This document shows positions 61,230-64,000 of a DNA stretch of 64,000 bases, one piece after another. The translations under genes were made by a program, and so were the position numbers. Origin of the DNA: Dehalococcoidales bacterium. GTDB taxonomy: Bacteria; Chloroflexota; Dehalococcoidia; Dehalococcoidales; RBG-16-60-22. Under the pieces are notes generated by a model, which saw nothing but the letters and a program-made list of their open reading frames with translations, made no database searches and was not told where the DNA came from. The stretch covers positions 49,485 to 113,484 of the forward strand of contig JBAZGT010000003.1 of the NCBI GenBank assembly GCA_041652735.1, in the 5' to 3' direction. How positions within the stretch are numbered: position 1 is the first letter of the stretch; each line of letters starts with the position of its first letter.

Positions 61230-61529
61230 GTGGCATTTCAGGACAAGACATTACAGTGTTCCGATTGCGGGACTTCGTTCACATTTTCCGCTGCGGAGCA
61301 AGAGTTCTTCCAGTCCAAAGGTTATACCAATGAGCCCAAGCGCTGCCCTACCTGCCGTCAGGCAAGAAAATCGGAGCGGATGGGTGCCGGCGGTATGAAA
61401 TCCCGCCAGATGTTCCCGGCCGTCTGTGCCGAGTGCGGCAAGGAAACGGAAGTACCTTTTGAGCCCCGTGAAGGCAGACCGGTTTATTGCAGCGATTGCT
61501 TCAGCAAAATGCGGTCCAGCCGCAGCTAG
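61230..61529 (+). CDS. zinc-ribbon domain protein (two CxxC...CxxC units)
   Basis: 99 aa, GTG start after gaaaggagg. CSDCG..CPTCR and CAECG..CSDCF, both in the conserved 'F.F...EQ.F...G....P.RC..CR' style. Confidence 0.7.
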   Translation: MAFQDKTLQCSDCGTSFTFSAAEQEFFQSKGYTNEPKRCPTCRQARKSERMGAGGMKSRQMFPAVCAECGKETEVPFEPREGRPVYCSDCFSKMRSSRS

Positions 61530-61551
61530 TGATTTAGTTCACTGAAACGAT

Positions 61552-61595
61552 AACAGGTCGGTGAGATTAATTTTTCACCGGCCTGTTGTTTTTTT
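61552..61595 (+). terminator. rho-independent terminator
   Basis: aacaggtcggtga / tcaccggcctgtt stem (one G-U pair), then gttttttt. Confidence 0.7.
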
Positions 61596-61641
61596 ATGCG
61601 CCATTCCCGCCCCGCTCGGGAATCCGGACTATACCCGCCTT

Positions 61642-61667
61642 GTCATTCTGAGCCGAAACGAAGAATA
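61642..61667. repeat. family B repeat
   Basis: gtcattctgagccgaaacgaagaata, followed by G-rich ggggtgggggg. Confidence 0.75.
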
Positions 61668-61765
61668 TCGGGGTGGGGGGTTCCCCTTCGCGGGGGATAA
61701 GAGGGATTTTGCTCCCTGTCTTTGCGAGGAGTAAAACGACCAAGCAATCTTATTATTCCGTAACT

Positions 61766-61825
61766 GTCATTCTGAGGGAGTCCCGATGAGTTCCCCTACA
61801 TCTTTATCGGGACGACCGTCAGAAT
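61766..61825. repeat. family B repeat (long form)
   Basis: gtcattctgagggagtcccgatgag...atcgggacgaccgtcagaatc. Confidence 0.75.
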
Positions 61826-61903
61826 CTGCCTGTAGTAGTAGCTACCTGAATGGCGAAGGTGTCAATCCATTATTAGTACCTGTAATTTAGGAATGCGTAG
61901 CTG

Positions 61904-61927
61904 GATTCCAGCCTACGCTGGAATGAC
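61904..61927. repeat. family B repeat (inverted orientation)
   Basis: gattccagcctacgctggaatgac, near-identical to 7107-7130. Confidence 0.8.
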
Positions 61928-61982
61928 AGTGGGGAAAAGGGGCGGGGGAAAACTGTAAACTGTAGACTGAAAACTGTTAACT
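61927..61982. repeat. family A repeat with inverted (G-rich) core
   Basis: cagt-ggggaaaaggggcggggg-aaaactgtaaactgtagactgaaaactgttaactc. The core is the reverse complement of the 4005-4022 core. Confidence 0.8.
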
Positions 61983-62900
61983 CTTGTATAAATACAGCGG
62001 CTTCTTGTCCGTTATCACTCTCTTTTGCGCCGCCAGGGCTTTTCTGATGTATAAAGGCAGGGAAAAAATGCCGCGGTGGGTCTCGCCGTCATAAAAGCTA
62101 AGACCGTTCAGCTCTCTGGCTTTGATACGCCCGTCCACTTCATAAGACGTCAGCAGGGCGGGACTGTGCTTGCGTGAGGCGGTGCAGAAACCCCACGGCC
62201 CCCCGAAGCAGGGCATGTAGGTGGTGTACTGTGAGACTACCGGGAAAACGCTTTTCAGGGTGGTGCTTACCGCCGTCAGGTTCAGCAGCTCCGTGGGATT
62301 GGCGGAACCGGCCTGGACGGATATCAGCCCCTCCACGTTGAGCTTTTCCCGCACTATCCAGTAAAACTCGTTGGTGAAAAGCCTGGCCGCCGGCCCCTCT
62401 TCTATGGGGTCGGGTAAATCTATGATGATGACATCGTACTTTTCTTTGGATTTTTTCAAAAATTCCCGGGCGTCCACGTGATGGACTTCCGCGCGCTTGT
62501 CTTCAAATGCGCCGGCGGCGTGGGCGGGCAGGTACTTTTTGCTCAGCTCGGTAACCTGGTCGTCGATGTCCACCATCACCGCTTTTTTTACCGTTTTATG
62601 ACGCAGCACTTCCCGCAGGGTGGCGCCTTCGCCTCCCCCCGCTATAAACACGGTCTCCGGCCCGGGATGGGTTATCATCACCGGCTGGACCAGCGCCTCG
62701 TGATAGATAAACTCGTCCCGCTCGCTGGACTGTATTTTATTGTCCAGCACCAGGCATACACCCAGCAGCCGACTTTTCAATATCCGGGCAGACTGGTATT
62801 TCGTCCGCCCCTCATACATTACTTCGTCGATGCGGTGCAGCTGTAAAAAGTCTTCGTTTATCTTGTCGCGCAGCCAGTTTTTATCTGGGTCTGTATCCAT
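61977..62900 (-). CDS. speE: spermidine synthase (polyamine aminopropyltransferase)
   Basis: Start moved to ATG 62900 (MDTDPDKNWL...). Has GGGEGATLREVLRH and VDIDDQV motifs. The longer ORF to 63167 overlaps speH. Confidence 0.85.
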   Translation of the reverse strand: MDTDPDKNWLRDKINEDFLQLHRIDEVMYEGRTKYQSARILKSRLLGVCLVLDNKIQSSERDEFIYHEALVQPVMITHPGPETVFIAGGGEGATLREVLRHKTVKKAVMVDIDDQVTELSKKYLPAHAAGAFEDKRAEVHHVDAREFLKKSKEKYDVIIIDLPDPIEEGPAARLFTNEFYWIVREKLNVEGLISVQAGSANPTELLNLTAVSTTLKSVFPVVSQYTTYMPCFGGPWGFCTASRKHSPALLTSYEVDGRIKARELNGLSFYDGETHRGIFSLPLYIRKALAAQKRVITDKKPLYLYKS

Positions 62901-62917
62901 AAAAAAATCCCCGTGAT

Positions 62918-63274
62918 TTACACGGCAACCATGACCCCCCTCGGTATCTCGGTGGTAAAGTGGTGCTTGGAGCCGAATTTCTCGATGAGTACCTCGGCCG
63001 CTTTTTCCGGATTGACGGAAGTGCCGCAGGTAAATACATCCACCGCCGCGTAGCCGTATTCCGGCCAGGTATGGATGGATAGGTGAGATTCGGCGATAAC
63101 CACCACCCCGCTGACTCCCTGGGGACTGAAACGGTGGAAGGAGCTTCCGAGTACTACCGCTCCGCAATCGATGGCCGCTTTGACCATGACGTCGCGGATG
63201 AGGTCCAGGTCGTTCAAAGCCTCCCTGTCACAGTCATGCAGTTCAACCAGTAGGTGTCTTCCCAACGCATTCAA
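62918..63274 (-). CDS. speH: S-adenosylmethionine decarboxylase proenzyme (small class 1 type)
   Basis: 118 aa with the self-cleavage/pyruvoyl motif [12 protein letters not shown]. Confidence 0.9.
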   Translation of the reverse strand: MNALGRHLLVELHDCDREALNDLDLIRDVMVKAAIDCGAVVLGSSFHRFSPQGVSGVVVIAESHLSIHTWPEYGYAAVDVFTCGTSVNPEKAAEVLIEKFGSKHHFTTEIPRGVMVAV

Positions 63275-63512
63275 TCACCTGCCCCCCTTTATAAAGTTTA
63301 TTCCCGTATTTCAGGCACGGCCGGGTCGCCGTAAGCGCAATAGAGAAATTTTATAACTTTTTTTCCGCTATAATCAAGGGTTGACCAAATAAAAATTCCC
63401 AGAGCAATATAGCCACCCCAGGAATCTTCCCCGCCTCCCCGTTTTTAGGAGTTGGGGAACGTATTTTTACGGATGATGCTCAATCCGTTATGTTGATAAA
63501 GCCCCTTTCCTG

Positions 63513-64000
63513 CTACCCGAACACCTTCATATCCAGGTTCTGTTTTACTATCTCTGCCAGTCTGGCCAGTTTCTTTTCCTGGTGCAGCCTGGTTTTCATT
63601 AATGCGTTCTCGATGCCGGTCACGATGTCCGGCACGGCGCTGTCCGTGGTGATTACCGGCACGCCCTTGCTCTCCGCTTTGCTGATGACGTTATAGATGG
63701 GGGGCTGGCCGCCGCCGCTCAGGACCAGGCAGGCGGTAGAGGTTTCCAGCGCCGCCAGCTGCATGTCCGGGCGGTCCAGCCGGAGGATGGCCGCTTTATG
63801 GCTCTTGCGCCCGAAGTAAACCGGTCCGGCATCCAGCGTCATGGCGCCCAGCAGGTAGTTCTCCACCAGCTCGCCCGCTTTGTCCGCGTTGTTCAGTATC
63901 TTGCCCCGGATGCCGGCCGCCACCTCGCCGATGGTCAGGGCCAGGAGGGCGCGGCTTTCCGGGATGGCCCCCAGCACCTTTATCCCCGCCTCCCCGAACT
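63513..64000 (-). CDS. DRTGG-domain protein (phosphotransacetylase N-terminal-like), partial; N-terminus beyond window
   Basis: C-terminal ...LVLSGGGQPPIYNVISKAESKGVPVITTDSA (DRTGG-type). The frame stays open to the window edge. Confidence 0.6.
   Translation of the reverse strand, partial: FGEAGIKVLGAIPESRALLALTIGEVAAGIRGKILNNADKAGELVENYLLGAMTLDAGPVYFGRKSHKAAILRLDRPDMQLAALETSTACLVLSGGGQPPIYNVISKAESKGVPVITTDSAVPDIVTGIENALMKTRLHQEKKLARLAEIVKQNLDMKVFG

Overview
This is a 64-kb, mostly high-GC bacterial chromosomal segment (about 60% GC by eye, not computed). The gene content (heliorhodopsin, corrinoid methyltransferase array, 'GTCATTC' hairpin repeats) suggests an uncultured Chloroflexota-like anaerobe, but taxonomy cannot be verified from here. 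Layout: (i) 1-9.6 kb holds a redox/catabolic cluster with three SDRs, two IclR regulators, a GlcD/GlcF-like FAD + Fe-S oxidoreductase trio and a small cupin-like protein, followed by tRNA-Gly(CCC). (ii) 10.0-21.7 kb is one same-strand operon with a corrinoid protein, seven tandem URO-D/MtaA-type methyltransferase paralogues and a pterin-binding methyltransferase. (iii) An initiator-type tRNA-Met (21878-21952) serves as attachment site for an 8.7-kb integrated element. The element has 38-bp att repeats, a tyrosine integrase, an XRE repressor, a Mu gpT-like capsid gene, a decoration-like gene, an HNH nuclease, an iteron-rich region, and a Ser/Thr kinase plus membrane protein as cargo. It has no terminase, portal or tail genes. 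(iv) 30.7-46.2 kb is a visibly AT-richer block ending in an integrase remnant. It mixes decayed genes with an intact lipid/isoprenoid-flavoured cluster: polyprenyl synthase, PlsC-type acyltransferase, radical SAM/SPASM enzyme, PAP2-like protein, ArsA-HSP20 ATPase, wHTH regulator, patatin and paralogous small proteins. (v) 46.2-64 kb is high-GC again, with a ClC channel, an OYE/FadH-like flavoprotein followed by three tandem cupin-like paralogues, a GH3-PA14 glycosidase, an M50 protease, a heliorhodopsin-DegV operon and speH-speE. Two dispersed intergenic repeat families pepper the high-GC parts. Long antisense ORFs in the track are treated as GC-driven shadow ORFs. Several starts were moved inward from the longest-ORF call on the basis of RBS placement and paralogue alignment.
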